From positions 1,444,088 to 1,508,087 of the forward strand of contig NW_002060958.1 in NCBI RefSeq assembly GCF_000150275.1: a stretch of DNA of 64,000 nt, read 5' to 3'. Origin of the DNA: Trichoplax adhaerens (taxonomy: Eukaryota; Animalia; Placozoa). The translations under genes and the position numbers were made by a program. The notes under the pieces are model-generated. The model made no database searches and had not been told where the DNA came from. It saw nothing but the letters and a program-made list of their open reading frames with translations. Shown one piece after another: positions 1 through 13,800 of this stretch (positions within the stretch are counted from its first letter, which is position 1; the number at the start of each line of letters is the position of its first letter).

Positions 1-608
1 ATTAGCAGGAACTTTTAAGATATCCCTATAATTAGTACTGTATATTACATAACTATAATGTACTTAAGTCGGATAATACTGATCTTCACTTGAAACAAAA
101 GTATAACAGCTACTGGTATCCTTAAAATTCTTTAAGTATAATAGTGCAACAGATTAACCAATAGGATTTATAAGAAGTATCAATATCACCACCCAAAGTG
201 CTATCTTTAGCCACCGATTTGATTACATACCAAGCTTAATTGAGAGCTATTTTTCCAAAGCTATTTGCATTACAATGCATGAGGTTAAATCACAGTACCA
301 TTAAGGAATTTAATTGCTTTATTATTCAAATAGATGTGAATAAAATTCCTTTACTATCTCACAATTCAATATTCTTCAAAATCATTATCACGTGATTGTA
401 TTCGTTAGCTAAATAAATAACACATACTTAGGTATACGCAAGTAAATAAATTATGAAAGTTGAAATAGATAAAAAGGATAAGAATAACTAATTTATAGGC
501 AGAAAAAAGCTAATCACGACTTACTGTAATAAGATATATTGATTATTTCGGATTACATCTTAAACTAACTTATCTGTAATTAAATCGAGAGAAATTATCT
601 ATAATTCT

Positions 609-3600
609 ATGGATTCGCGTATAATCTATTTAGTCGTTTACTTAATATTGCCTTGCCTGTTCAGTTCAATTGGTTGTAATACTGCCCATCATGATTTTAA
701 TTGGGCTTCACGATGTCTTGATCATTGCCATTGCCAAGATGAAAATATTCGATGTAAAGCTATACCTGCTTCGATTTCAGCTATACCAGAGGGCATAAAA
801 CAACTGTAAGTTCTAATAGAATCATCAATAATGACCCACGATATTAATTTTCTATCACTACGAGTACTTTAGGTAACACTGCCTACTTCTAGTCTATTAC
901 GATTCTTTAAATTATTATTTCTTCTTCTTCTTCTTTTTCCTGAGAAATTTGATCCTACGATACTGGAAATTATTTCTATTTGTTTCTTAAAGCCTTACAT
1001 TTCTAAATTTACTACAATTAGCATACAGTATTCGTGCAGTTAAAACTATTAAAGAAAGGGTACAATTATTTTATAACTAATTAATGTAATTAATAGTCTA
1101 ATAGCTTGCTGCTATTCTTTGTCGATTATATTGTTAAATTTTACCTTAGATTTTGTAAAATTACTGTACCATAGTCAAAAAAGGCAGCTAAAGGTGTTAT
1201 ATTTGCAGTCTGTAGTTATATTCAATCTTGTTTTTATTATTAAAATCTTAAATTCTCATACAGGCACAAAGCGATATAGAAAATATGTAGCAGTCGGAGT
1301 AACTTGTCTTGTTATAAAGCTAGTCTCTATGTGGTTTCGAGCAAATCAGTGATGCTAACTCTTTACGGACATTTTTGTAATCATCGTTGCGGGATCTTAA
1401 CACTAATGTCTGTATTCATAGATTTGTCGAAGAAGAGCCGATTTGTGATGAAAAAGGCGTCAAAAACTTAATAGAACTTGCTCTAAATGCCAACATAAAA
1501 CTAGTAGGCTACTGTAAATCTGCAAATTTGCGCCATAAACACTCCTTTAATGAGCTGCTAGTCAAAAAATTAGCAGATTCTCAAGGTAAATGAGCACAAT
1601 TATACAGTTTCACTAAAGTAAGAAAATATAATCTTTGTTACTTGATAGCCTTAGTTCATGCGTTATAACCAAATTATTTGAAATTGAGTTATTTCATCAT
1701 CTTGCTTTGAAATAACTCTGAAATCACTTTCACTACCAACATTATTGGCTTGGATTCTTGCTGCGCAGACATTTGAGCTAAATATTTTTGGGCAAAGTGT
1801 ATACTCTTACACTCGTAATTTTAGCTATCTGATTACTGTAATATCCGGTTAATCATTATTAGTTCAACATTTAAAATACAAGCATTGTCATCTGAGCCTA
1901 GACTAAGGTTTAGAAATAGATAAAAATAAAATTTTTTACTTGTTTCAGACATATATGATGAAACAAGTCATCAACGCGTCAAGAAAGCAGGATTTAATAT
2001 TCAATCTATCTATGGCTTTAACGGTAAGATAGAGTTTAACGTTATTAAATTACGTTGATGAGCTATTGCATTTAAAGACACATTGTTTTGTTAGCCAACA
2101 ACCATTTAAATCTGTTTCGAAACTGTAAAGTAATTGGAAATTAAATTGGTGATACAGCTTTAATCGTATCATTCATTTCCGGTTCACTGGAAGAACGCAG
2201 CTTATCTTCCAGCTTTGTTTTGAGCTATCGCACCACACCTGTATTTGTAATTTATGTACAAACTATCCTTTCATTAAAGTCTAATCCAAATTATACCATT
2301 ACGCCAACCATTAGTAAATCTTGTCAGGCTATAGCTCAATTTCTCGAATTCTCCACTAAAAAAGCTATCATGAATAATGTCCACCTACAATTAATAAAAA
2401 CGACTTATTTCCCTTATTTCTGAACGAAATTAACCCACAATTTCATCTTTTTATAATTTATTATAGCTATTTGTGTATCCGATTTCAGCTGCCCATTATA
2501 CTATTTATTATTTAAAATTAAGCTCCCCTATTTGTCTGCAAGTAAACTTGATACTCTGTTTGTGATTTAAGCAAACTTATGACATCATCTGTTTGTAATT
2601 TAAAATCATGCTCTCCAGTTTTTCTTTAACTAATCTTGGTTTTCCACTATATTTTCCAATTCCAATTTGTTTACAATTAAAAGTTTTTATCCTCTTATTA
2701 TGACTTAAGCAAACTTTTGGCATCATCTATTTATAGTTTTAAATCGCGCTCTTATTTTACTTTTCTGAAAGTAATATAACCTGTCCCTATCATAGTATCC
2801 AAGTTACGATTTGTTTTAATCAATATTTTGATCCCAATCCAAGCACATCTTCGTACTATTTACTTACAGAAAAATTCATATAAGTTTAATTTTATTGTTA
2901 GTCATTACTATTTTATTTTACAATCTATTCATAGTTTATGTTCTAGCTATGCGCAACATGTTATATAATTCAACCTTTCTAAGATTTTAACCAAACTATC
3001 TCACCATGCCTCTCCTTCATAATTCATATACAGATTATAATCCTATTCTTTTAATTTCTAATCAAAGCCATCTCCTTGTAATTCATATGCTAGCTATACT
3101 GCAATTTTTCTAATAAGAATCAAATTCTCTTCCATGACAGAAAATACCTCATACGCAACAAAGTGCGATTTTACTAAATCGGCATGTGGATGGAAGCAAG
3201 CCAAAGCGATTGATTTTCTAGATTGGAAGCAAGGTTAGTACAAGACAGTGGCAAATGCAAATTTCCTAAGATACTATTTTAACAGTAATTTTGATAATCT
3301 AGAGATAAACTCCCTTCAGTAAGATACGATACCATAACTTTGCATAAGCATTGCTGATCTATTATAAATATATTATTTTAGTATACGGTGCCTGCTGTAT
3401 ATTCAAAAGTAAACCAAATAATATTAATGCAATGATTACAAATCCTTTAATATCGATGAATACAGATAGCACATTTGGCTTTTTCCTCAATACTACTAAA
3501 ACATATGATGATGGACAATTCGCCGAGTTGATTAGCCCACCAATGAAAATGCCACCAGGCACCATGATTATCTCGGTAAGTAATTATATATTCCTACTAA

Positions 3601-6600
3601 ATTAAAAAGAAGAATAATATGCCAACAAGACATCACAGCACTTTATTTTGACCTAAAATATACGATTATGCGATGAGACTAGATCTCATTGTATAAAAAT
3701 TGTAACATTTAATGTTGCTGTTTAAGCCATTGTAGCTAGCATTCGTCTGTTGGCTAAATAATGAATTAAGTTAAGCTTTGAGTTTCTATCTTTCAGATTA
3801 GATATATTACCCAACTCCTTGAGCTTTCTAAATCTACCATCAAGATCTATATCATGTACCCAAAGTATAGCATGAAAAGGCATCTTGTTGAGACTGCTAC
3901 ATTTTTTGAGCCTTCAAGCAAAGAACATCAACAAAGCTATGGAGCACTTCTACCTAATCAAGATCTTTACCATGTAAATTGCTATTAAAAAATGATTATA
4001 ATGATTGGCTGTAAAATAATCCACGTTGAACCTTCTGAGTATTATTATCTTTTTACTAATAGATTATCATCCGAGGGAAACTTGGTGCTCTAGTCCCTGG
4101 TAAATCCAAGGGCAAATTTGGCCTGCTCTTCTTTCATGCCTCGCCTGATGGTAATAGCTTACAGTAAAATATTTCGAGAATTTTTTACTTTTAGTAATGA
4201 TACAAATATCTATGGTATAATGTCAATCTATTTGGAGATTTATTCCTTTGCGACTACCGAGTATCTTTTGCATCTAATCCATATTTCCATTTGAAAATAG
4301 AAGTATAAGTAATTCTGCTCTAAGATTAGTCCCAGGCAAAAAGCCTTTTGCACCACCTTATTTTAATCTTGTATTTTATTAGAAATGACATGCTATACAG
4401 GCACCGGAGAATATTTTCGCGGATCCGTCGCTACTAGTGAAAGCGGCAAAGCTTGTGTGCAATGGGATAGTGTTTCGTCACCCTATAACACTCGCAACTA
4501 CCCACACTCCCAGCTAAATTCCAATCAATGCCGAAACCCTGGTGCAAATCGAAATAGACCATGGTGCTACACATCATCAAAGACTGCAGTTTGGGAATAT
4601 TGTAGTATTTCAGCTTGTGGTAACAATAATCCTGCTATCCCTGCTAATCCACCTTATCCATTAGGATGTAAGTTGCATCTAGATACCTTATTTTTTGAGC
4701 ATTGCTAGCTACCTTGAGTAGTTTTCCATTTTTCATCATATCTTAAAAATGATTCCTTTCGACAAGAGTGGCAATAAATTTAAATTGACCACTAAAGCAA
4801 TAATCATAGAAAGTCTTCTAACAATAAATATATACTCATTCATATCTTAGTTCAAAATCCTGTCGCCATCACTTCCTTGGATAACATTGAAAGCAAAACG
4901 ATTGGTCAAGCCGCTGTTTATGTTAATGGCTATTGGTACAGGATATGTTATGTATACGGGTATAGTCCAATGACAGTACCAGGACTAGCTCGAGCAATCA
5001 ATTTAATGTGCAAGCAAACTGGCTTAGGCGAAGTGGGAAGTACTTGGAGTACCCGTAAGTCTTATACTAATATTCAATTCTGCTGACATAGCTACCTTTA
5101 GAAATCTTACCATCAAATTAAAAGCAAATTCATTTTCGCTTCTTAGGTTCGTCGTTTGGTCGATATAACGATACTTGCATTAAACTAACTGACATTAAAT
5201 GTCCATCAACAGCAACTTCCTTTTCTCAATGTTCAGTTCCTGCTAATGCTAATCCTAAAATTTATACAGCAAATCAATGGCTAGCATGTTATTCGGCTTC
5301 TCCAAAATCTCCTTTGAGTAAGAAACGCTTGTGCCAAATAATTTCATTTTCGTATATATCATAGGATAATGACAGCATTGCACTGTACTTATTATCATCA
5401 ATCCTAGTACTTACTGAATTAAATTAGGTAGATTTTATTCTTTTACTCCTGAGATGAGTTAATTACACTTAATATGCCGTATGTAAGATTGATTTTGCCA
5501 AATAGTTTAATTTCTGTAGCCTGTTCTCAAGGATATTGACAATATTGTACTTAGTAACGTCAATCCTAACGCTTGCTGCAATCTATTCGATAGATCCAAT
5601 TTTATACTTTTACTCCTGGATGACTTTAAAATACAAATCTTCAAATGTAGCCCGGCAACATTTTTAGCTACTCATACAACATTGATGCTAATGAACTTAC
5701 TGATCAAACTATTTCCTTATATTGCTTAATAGCATCGAATAAGTACCTATTATCTATTCAACATCCTAATCAGAACAAATCTAATGCTGGTATTCCTAAT
5801 ATCAACATTAACTCTAAAGAATCTGGCGGATTCTGTAATCGAGATTGGGGGCTAAAAGAGGCCGATGTTTTCTGTCGCCAAGCTGGCTACCTTGGCGCTT
5901 CTAGCTCATCTAGTAAAGCATTAAGCTAATTCTATTTCGTTATAATTGAAATAATTAGAATGCAATGATCAACCACACTGAATGAAGATATTTTCTATAT
6001 AAAATAAAACTCATTTATTCAACACTTTTTCCAGTTAACCCACCATCATCCACGATTTATCCCTTATCCATCGTAAGATCGATCAACTGTTCTGGATATG
6101 AGATCAAACTTTCACAATGTGCAGCGAATGTTGCAACTAGGCCAGAGCCATGCCTAAATGGCAAAGGTCAAACTGCAACAGTTGCTTGCATCCCTAAACA
6201 GAGCTATTACTGTACGTGTCTTGTTGATTACAGAAATAATATTTCAATATTGACGATATAGTAGCTATTGCTTATTCTAATTCTTAATCAACAACATTTT
6301 AGATACCAATAATGAACCAACCAATTGCCAATTTACCAGCGGTTTATGTGGATGGGAAGTATACAATAATGTAGGATGGATTTGGCGTCAAAACGATAGT
6401 GTTCCATTTAAGCCAACTCAATCAGGTCAATTACAATTTACTTCCTGATCATCCTCTTAGAGTATCAAATGACCTTGTTATTCGTATAACAAGAAAACAG
6501 TAATCCATTTCCATTTCTAATTTGTATTCCCTTCTTATCAATATGGTAATTAGTCTTGAGCAATGGAGGCTACATGTATGTATTCAGATCCCCTTATGGT

Positions 6601-7562
6601 GTATCTCAAGGAAGAATTATTTTGACTAGCCCTTTATTAACCCCTAATCCATCTGCGGGTTCTGTTAAAGTATGTTCCTTCGCGTTAATTTCGATGTTGT
6701 ACTACTTTCCAATTACTAGCCGATTAGAGAATTGAGCTTAGAGATTTTAAAAGTAGCGCGTTACATCTTAGGCTAAATTACTGGTTTCTATTTCAATTAT
6801 TTCACTTCTAGACAACTTTAGATCGATATGCTGCGGGGGTCTTAACCAATGTCACTTTACTCATAGCCTATGAAAATCTTCCAGGCTCTTCAGAAGGTGG
6901 TTCAAGCTATTCCTATTATCCAATTTATGCTACTAATGGATGGCAAAAATTTAAGGAGGCCGATGCAAGCAATGGATTTTATACCTACGAAAAATTTACA
7001 GTAAGTTTATATGCACGACTTCGCATTGCAAAGGAGATTGATAAGTTGAGTCATTTATTTTTAGCTAATAGAGGAAATAACTCCTAGTAATTGATAGTGA
7101 TTTATAACTTAACTCATATCACAGTAGCTTTTATAACAATGCTTTAACGGAAAGCTCTTCAAGATTCAATTTCTATTCCATCATTTCTAGATGCTGATTG
7201 GAATTACATGGGATTATTATGGACCTCCAGCATCGTTTGTTTTTGCTATAGATAACCTCGTTATTCACAACACCCATGGCTTGCATGGTAATACTAATTG
7301 AGTTAGACAAATTGTATCCATTCCTATTAATGCGCAATACGGTCATATTAGCATGTCAATAATCTCGTTTCGTTCTTTAACAATCTATTAACTTTCTATT
7401 ATTGCTATTACAGTTAATGGAACAGCTACAGCAACTATTAATCACGGAACAGAACAGACAACAGTTCCTAACAATAACGCAGCATTGGGATATTATCAAT
7501 CGAAGCATATTCTCTTGACCTTAATCCTAAGCTTATTAACTTACCTATCTGGCATGATGTAA
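609..7562 (+). CDS. Multi-exon secreted/GPI-anchored mosaic protein: signal peptide, LRRNT, LRRCT-like, MAM, kringle, 2x SRCR, MAM, Thr-rich stalk, GPI-like tail (isoform with last exon A)
   Basis: Phase-consistent GT-AG exons at about 609-805 (MDSRIIYLVVYLILPCLFSSIG...CLDHCHCQDENIRC..IP..IP), 1422-1585 (EPICDEKGVKNL...GYC), 1949-2023 (HQRVKKA), 3141-3233 (KCDFTKSACGW..DW, MAM start), 3382-3574, 3797-3973, 4062-4150, 4383-4667 (kringle CYTGTGEYFRG...CRNPG..PWCY..WEYC), 4851-5054 and 5148-5317 (SRCR1), 5733-5912 (GGFCNRDWGLKEADVFCRQAGY) and 6035-6211 (SRCR2), 6303-6426 (NCQFTSGLCGW), 6554-6669, 6811-7000, 7191-7287 (FAIDNL, MAM end), 7414-7562 (VNGTAT...NNNAALG...HILLTLILSLLTYLSGMM*). Confidence 0.85.
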
Positions 7563-9522
7563 AGTTAATAGCATAAATGACAATAAAACTAAGTCTTTGA
7601 TTGATGCTTACTTCGATAGCTATAAAGCTGCAGCAGTTGTTTACAGTACCCATGCGTTGGTAAGTAATGAAATAGCGATGTGCTTAAATTGATGTATATC
7701 ACGGTTAATACTTCAATTTGAAACCGTCTGAAATTAATTTAAACATTTGGAATTTAAAATTAAGCCGCCTTTCTTATATTAAGCATTATAACGAAATTTG
7801 AAATGATGTAGGTTTAATCAGTATCAATTTTGAACAGAATTGATGAAAAACGTTGTTTTCGTATGCCTCATACAAATTGACATATAGATATAAAGTGCTA
7901 TCAAGGAATAAAGTCGTAATTAACTAATGTGATGAGTCCATTAAAACCTTCTAGCCGTTAATCATAATTTGTATAGTTTTATTTTAAGTCTCATGCTTGG
8001 CTTATACTCGTGCACTCGTATATTCATCTCAACTGTAGCTATTTAGGTAGTGTAATGAGTCCATTAAACTCTTCCTGGCCTCATTTTAAAAATAATAACA
8101 GTAGTAGCTTTAATTCAAAACAAAGACTGATACTACCATTTAACTAGAACTAGAAATAATACTGGCGCTATTATGCGGTTTCATAAAGGCATTAGCTTAT
8201 TAATCAAGTACAGTATCTATTTTTAAATGCAAATACGAATAAACCAGAGTCAATATCAATATTGAAAATCATCAGTAAAATGTGGCTGATCTAACCAATT
8301 ACAAATGTTAACCAATATTAATATATTGCCTCATCGCTATGAATAGATGTGAATTGATTACATATTTAACTAAATATCAAACCCTAAACCAATAAGAAAT
8401 TTCCGATCTACTACATAGGCAAAAAGCTGTGCCTCGAATACAATTAGTCTAATGTATTTGCTTAGAAATTAATAAAAGATGTCCAATTATCTCATTTCTA
8501 AAATTGCTATTAAAATAAGCTAGCAATCACATGACAGTATTCTAACGTGATCATAATATGCTTCACAAAGGCTTAGCCTAACAGAGAGTACAAAAAAAAG
8601 GATGAAGTTTTTTCAGGATATCTTATTGAATTCATTTACTGCTAAAATTGTCAGTAAGTTCATTTTCTTACCTTACTGAATCAAATTGGCCCTTAAACTC
8701 TAAATAAGAGTGTTTTTAAAAATCACTTTTCCTAATACTTAACTATGCGTACTGGTCACATTTTGTAGCTATTTACCTTAGGCTACCATGCTTCTTAAAT
8801 CTTACTAGCTACAGTTTTACGCTAAATTTGAATAAATTTTAATCTGTCCCAGGCCTTGCCAATATCAAAATAAACAAGTTTTATGTAAAACTATAACTGA
8901 TCTAATTTTATACCAACCAATGCAAAATATGCGTAAGTTTTTTCCTATATTTCTGGTAGGCGTTAATTTTGATGTCAGATAGAAAAAGTATGATAGTATA
9001 CTTAGAAAATAGCACATACTAGACAGGTTTTATAAACGATCTACAATCGTCCATATCAGTTTCATAAATAGCTTAAACATATTTAGCTGGTATGAATCAG
9101 GTCTGTGTTTGGTCGATTTGTTTTCCAAAGTGAACTTCCTTGACAGTTCTCGCTACTCTTTCCAGCTAAGATCTACAATGTTAATCAGATGAATTAAACT
9201 ATTCTGCATACTATAGCAGATTGCGTAAAGTAGAACGTAGCTGCTTTACTGTTCAATTCCTTATTTTAACCTTCAGGTTTTACGAGTTAATAAGTACCAG
9301 TAACTTGTCAAATAAGACGACAAAGTGAACTATAACTTCCTATTTATAGCTCATCTATATGAATAGTATAGATCATAGTCGTTGCAAGTGTCGGAGGCTA
9401 TGAAGATATTATAAAATACAAGCTAGACTTACTACGCGTAGATAGAATAAACTAAGACAAATATTGTATAGCCAGCATTCATTCTTGCATGACAATGAAG
9501 GAGTAATTAAATTATTTTACAG

Positions 9523-9716
9523 TCAATGGAACATCAACGGTTACTATTCCACCGACGAGAAAGTCGACTGAAGCAATACTGAAACCAACAAATCCAGTGA
9601 CAGAAACTCCTACTTCTAGCAGTGTGGATGTAAGCTCCTTCCAAGCTACTTACATCTTATCACTTATACTTACAAATGTGTTGGTTTACATTACACATAG
9701 AATATACAATTTATAA
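9523..9716 (+). CDS. Alternative last exon B of the MAM/kringle/SRCR gene (Pro/Thr/Ser stalk plus hydrophobic tail)
   Basis: Acceptor ttattttacAG at 9521-9522, phase 1 like exon A. Translates VNGTSTVTIPPTRKSTEAILKPTNPVTETPTSSSVDVSSFQATYILSLILTNVLVYITHRIYNL*, paralogous to exon A at both ends. Confidence 0.75.
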
Positions 9717-10864
9717 AATAATCTACAGCTAAAAATTTATTGTATTTAGTAGCTACATTTAGCTAGTATGCACACTACGATGTCATCATCGCTAAGGCAG
9801 ATGTAATTAACACGGTTTCATTGGTATGATGCAAAATAGATATCTTATAAAAAGGTATATTGCAATATCACTGTTCTCCTCATCAAGCTAATTAATAAAT
9901 AATTTTTCATGAATTTCAAAGGTGCTATTAATCATATGAGCATATTATAACAAGATCATTTATTTCAATCTAATAGTCCTGAACATTAAACGTGATAGAA
10001 ATTCTTTCTAAAATATAGGTATACACTATAAATGTACCATAGCGATGGTATTTTTGATGCAATATTTTAGAATCCATTTGCAAGGACTTTATCACGCCCT
10101 CCTACCTAATTAAAAGAGCGTACTTATTATATACCCCTAACATGCATAAGAATTATATACTCTCGGCTACTGTTGGCAGTGATTATTCCTTTCCCCTGAT
10201 ATGCATTAGGCTATCGTATACTATACCTCAAGACTTTGATAATTTAACAACTAAACTTGACTAAATTTCTCACACATGAAGATCTTGATCATCGGCATTA
10301 AACGAATTTTTATAAAATAATAGTGCTGATTCGATTAAAATATTGTTCCTGATGAAATTTGAAGCCATTTTCATATGTTATCATATTCAATTATTCCATT
10401 GATTAACGCCACCCACCCACTATAAAAAATCAGCCACCGTTTATGTGCATTTTCACAATTTCTTCTTTTAAATTTAGTAGTAAACCAAGATTATCCAGTT
10501 GCTAGGAACGATATGCACTCGTATTACTATACCTTTAAGAATGAGCTAAAACAGTAGCCAACATACATAACTAAGATTGCGCACCTTTTTAGTTAACTTT
10601 TTTAATTCGACTTAACTGCATAAAAACCATAAGTGTTAAAAATTAATTAAATTAACCTCTGCGCGAGTAATAATCTATACAAGCAAAAATGTATCGCTAT
10701 CATTCTTACAATTTCTAAAATCGGACTCCCAGCATTATTTAATTCAAATTGAAAAATATTACTAGACCACAGTAATGATAAGCATTCTTAGTTGTATTTA
10801 ACGTCTGACTTGTATAAAATGTAAAAAGCAGACTAGATTACTTTGCCAACTATATCACGTATTA

Positions 10865-13800
10865 CTATTTTTTTTTTTTCTTTTTACTGTCTTTGCTTGG
10901 TACTGGTTCGCCCTTAGCTATAGCTAGATGCTTCTTTAATTCAAGAAGTTTCTGCACTTCCGATTGAATTACAAATTTTTCAGCTTTATCTGCCTTTAAT
11001 TGTCGAACAAGATCACCCTAAAGTAACAATTACAGTTTATCGTCATTCGATATACCGTACCATTCCTTTTACTTTTTAATCATCCTATTTAGCATCAATG
11101 TCATTCCAGTAGACCACTGCTGACTAAACAATTTACGGTACCTGTTTTGAAACTTGCTCTTCTAATTCTTTGACATCGTTTGCGACCGGGGTTGTTTCAG
11201 TCTTCTTCTTTATCATACCAAATCATTGATGATAATGTAAGCGATAGTTAAACTACTATATATGACGAACATAAATTTAATAAAGTAGTGAAAACAGTCC
11301 ACAAAATTTACCGCAGTCGCATTTGTTCTACCACCGTATTTCGTTTTAAATTCTTCCGTTTTACTGGGTTCAATTTTTTCAAATAAGTGCTTCGGCTATC
11401 AATACAAGCAAAGATCATGTTAACTAAATTAACGATATCTGTTGAATTGACGGTTACACTGCTATCTAGTGATCAGATAATAAAACATACCTTGCCAATC
11501 CTGTGGCCAGCAGGTAATAGACATACAAATTTGTCAGTGATCACCGAATAATCATCTACTAGCTGCGTACACAAATGTTAGCAATGTTAATTTATGCCAT
11601 GTTGATAATTAAAACTCATATTTGGGCGATAGAATAGCTTGACAAAAAGTATAGCGATATTAACTTTACCTTTGCTTGAGACAAAATTTCTTTACTGGTA
11701 GTTGGCATGTAGGGCTGCAAGAGTATCGATAACAGGCACGTAATATTAGCACAGACTCCAACAACGGTTCCTGCTCGCTTCCTGCAAAGTAACAGTACCA
11801 ATACGAATTACTATTCTACCGAGCTAAATAAGTTTCTCTATCAATATTTGCATGCAATTAGTTTACATATGCATAGAAAAAAATATATGATTTTGCTAAA
11901 TCAAAAGAACGAAACTTTCGCATTACTTGTCTGCTTCCGATTGCTTAACAAGTTTCCACGGAGTATGGGATTGCATATATTGGTTTCCCAATCGAGAAAC
12001 GCTTAAAATATTTCTTATTCCATCGCGTATTCTACATTTACAAACAATCAGCATTTTTCCCAACCATAAATAATTTAAAACTGCTGCAATACGTCAAAAC
12101 CCTTGGAGGGAACATAAACTATAACCAGTCGTAACTCATCCTACCTAGTTCTTTCCAAATTGTTATTATATGTACGAATTTCACGAGTGATTTGAGCAAG
12201 TAAAACCTTATCTTCTTCAATTAAATCCATTTCTGGAATTTCGCCGTTAAAAAAGTTGGACACAAACAACATAGCACTATAATAAGATATAAAGCATGAA
12301 ATTATTATACGATTAGTAGCTTAGAATTAATGTTTACTTATTATCAATAGAATAAATACATTGTAACTTTTAGTATTTCGTACCGATTAACAAAATTGCC
12401 AAGATTAGCCAACAATTCTGAATTATTTTTAGCTTCTAAATCAGACCAACTGAATGAGCTATCCTATTTAAAATTATAATCATTGCATATACAATTAGCA
12501 ATTGACTAATCCCTTATATCAATAATTTATTCAACTCTACCTGAGTTTCCGGTCTAACGTAAAGTAAGTAAAATCTCCAAATGTCAACAGGAATGCCAGT
12601 CGCTTTCGCATCATTTCCAAAAACACCAATGCCGCGGCTTTTCGAAAACTTTCCATCTTCATAATTGAGGTATTCTAATCGAATAATTAAGATGAATTTA
12701 AAAATAAAATACTTTACTGTCCATTAAGAAATCGGCAAGAAAGTCTACGTCAACGGTTTATTCTACGTAATTTAATAAAGTATTGTAGTTACCAGTAGCA
12801 CTGAGTTTATTGACTACAGTGTAATTATCATCTGCAGCTAAAAGACAAGCTGGAAAGATGATGCTATGAAATGGTACATTATCTTTAGCCATAAAATTGT
12901 ACATTTCCACCTGAAAAAGCATAGAATATAAGCACAATTAAAATAACTTATTGACTGTAACATATACAAAGATGGCATGGCATGATTATGTCATGATTTG
13001 AACTTAAATTTACATTTTGAGGGTTTTTCCACCATTTCTCCCATTGGTCCGTATACGCCGCAGTGATGGAGATATAGCTATAAATATAAAAAATTTTGAA
13101 TAGTTTAACAATAGCGCAAATGTGATAGTACTTGCAATTGTCGCTAGGGATCCCGCAGCGGCTATGAGAAGTTTGTATAGCAGGATATACTAACCCTATA
13201 GGAGCATCATACCAAACGTAAAATACTTTTTCTGTAAAGCCTTCCAGTGGTACTGGAGTACCCCATTTCAAATCTCGCGTGATACAACGGCTCTTAACGC
13301 CATCACGAAGCCAAGTTTGAGTTATGTTACGAGCAGCTGGTGACCAGTCAGTCAAGGAATCTGGTCGTCCATAATACTTATGAAGTTGGGGCTCAATCTA
13401 TTAATTTCCAATCGTAATTAAAAATATCGAATAAATTAAGTATAATACTACTACTATGTAAAAAAGAGTTTGTTATGTCTGTCATTGGCACAAGTTATGT
13501 TTGTGATTACCTTAGGGAGGTCTAAAAATAAGTGTTTAGAGCTTTTAATAACTGGCTGCGATTTACAAACTTTACATCTGGGTGCCTACGATGACATTTA
13601 CATATAGCATCATCAGTGCCAAATATTAAGTGATTTAATGAGCGAATAACTTTGCACAATGTTGCAACTCAACAGCACTCCCAGCAATTACCTTCAATTC
13701 TATTGCATTAATGAGCTTTCCACATTTGTCGCATTGATCTCCGCGAGCATCAGGAAATGTACAAAACGGACAAGTCCCTTCTACAAAACGATCAGCTAAG

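Noticed and set aside
4383-6211. Neurotrypsin or plasminogen-type protease
   Set aside because: No trypsin domain motifs (AAHC, GDSGGP) follow; the gene continues into a MAM domain and a hydrophobic tail.
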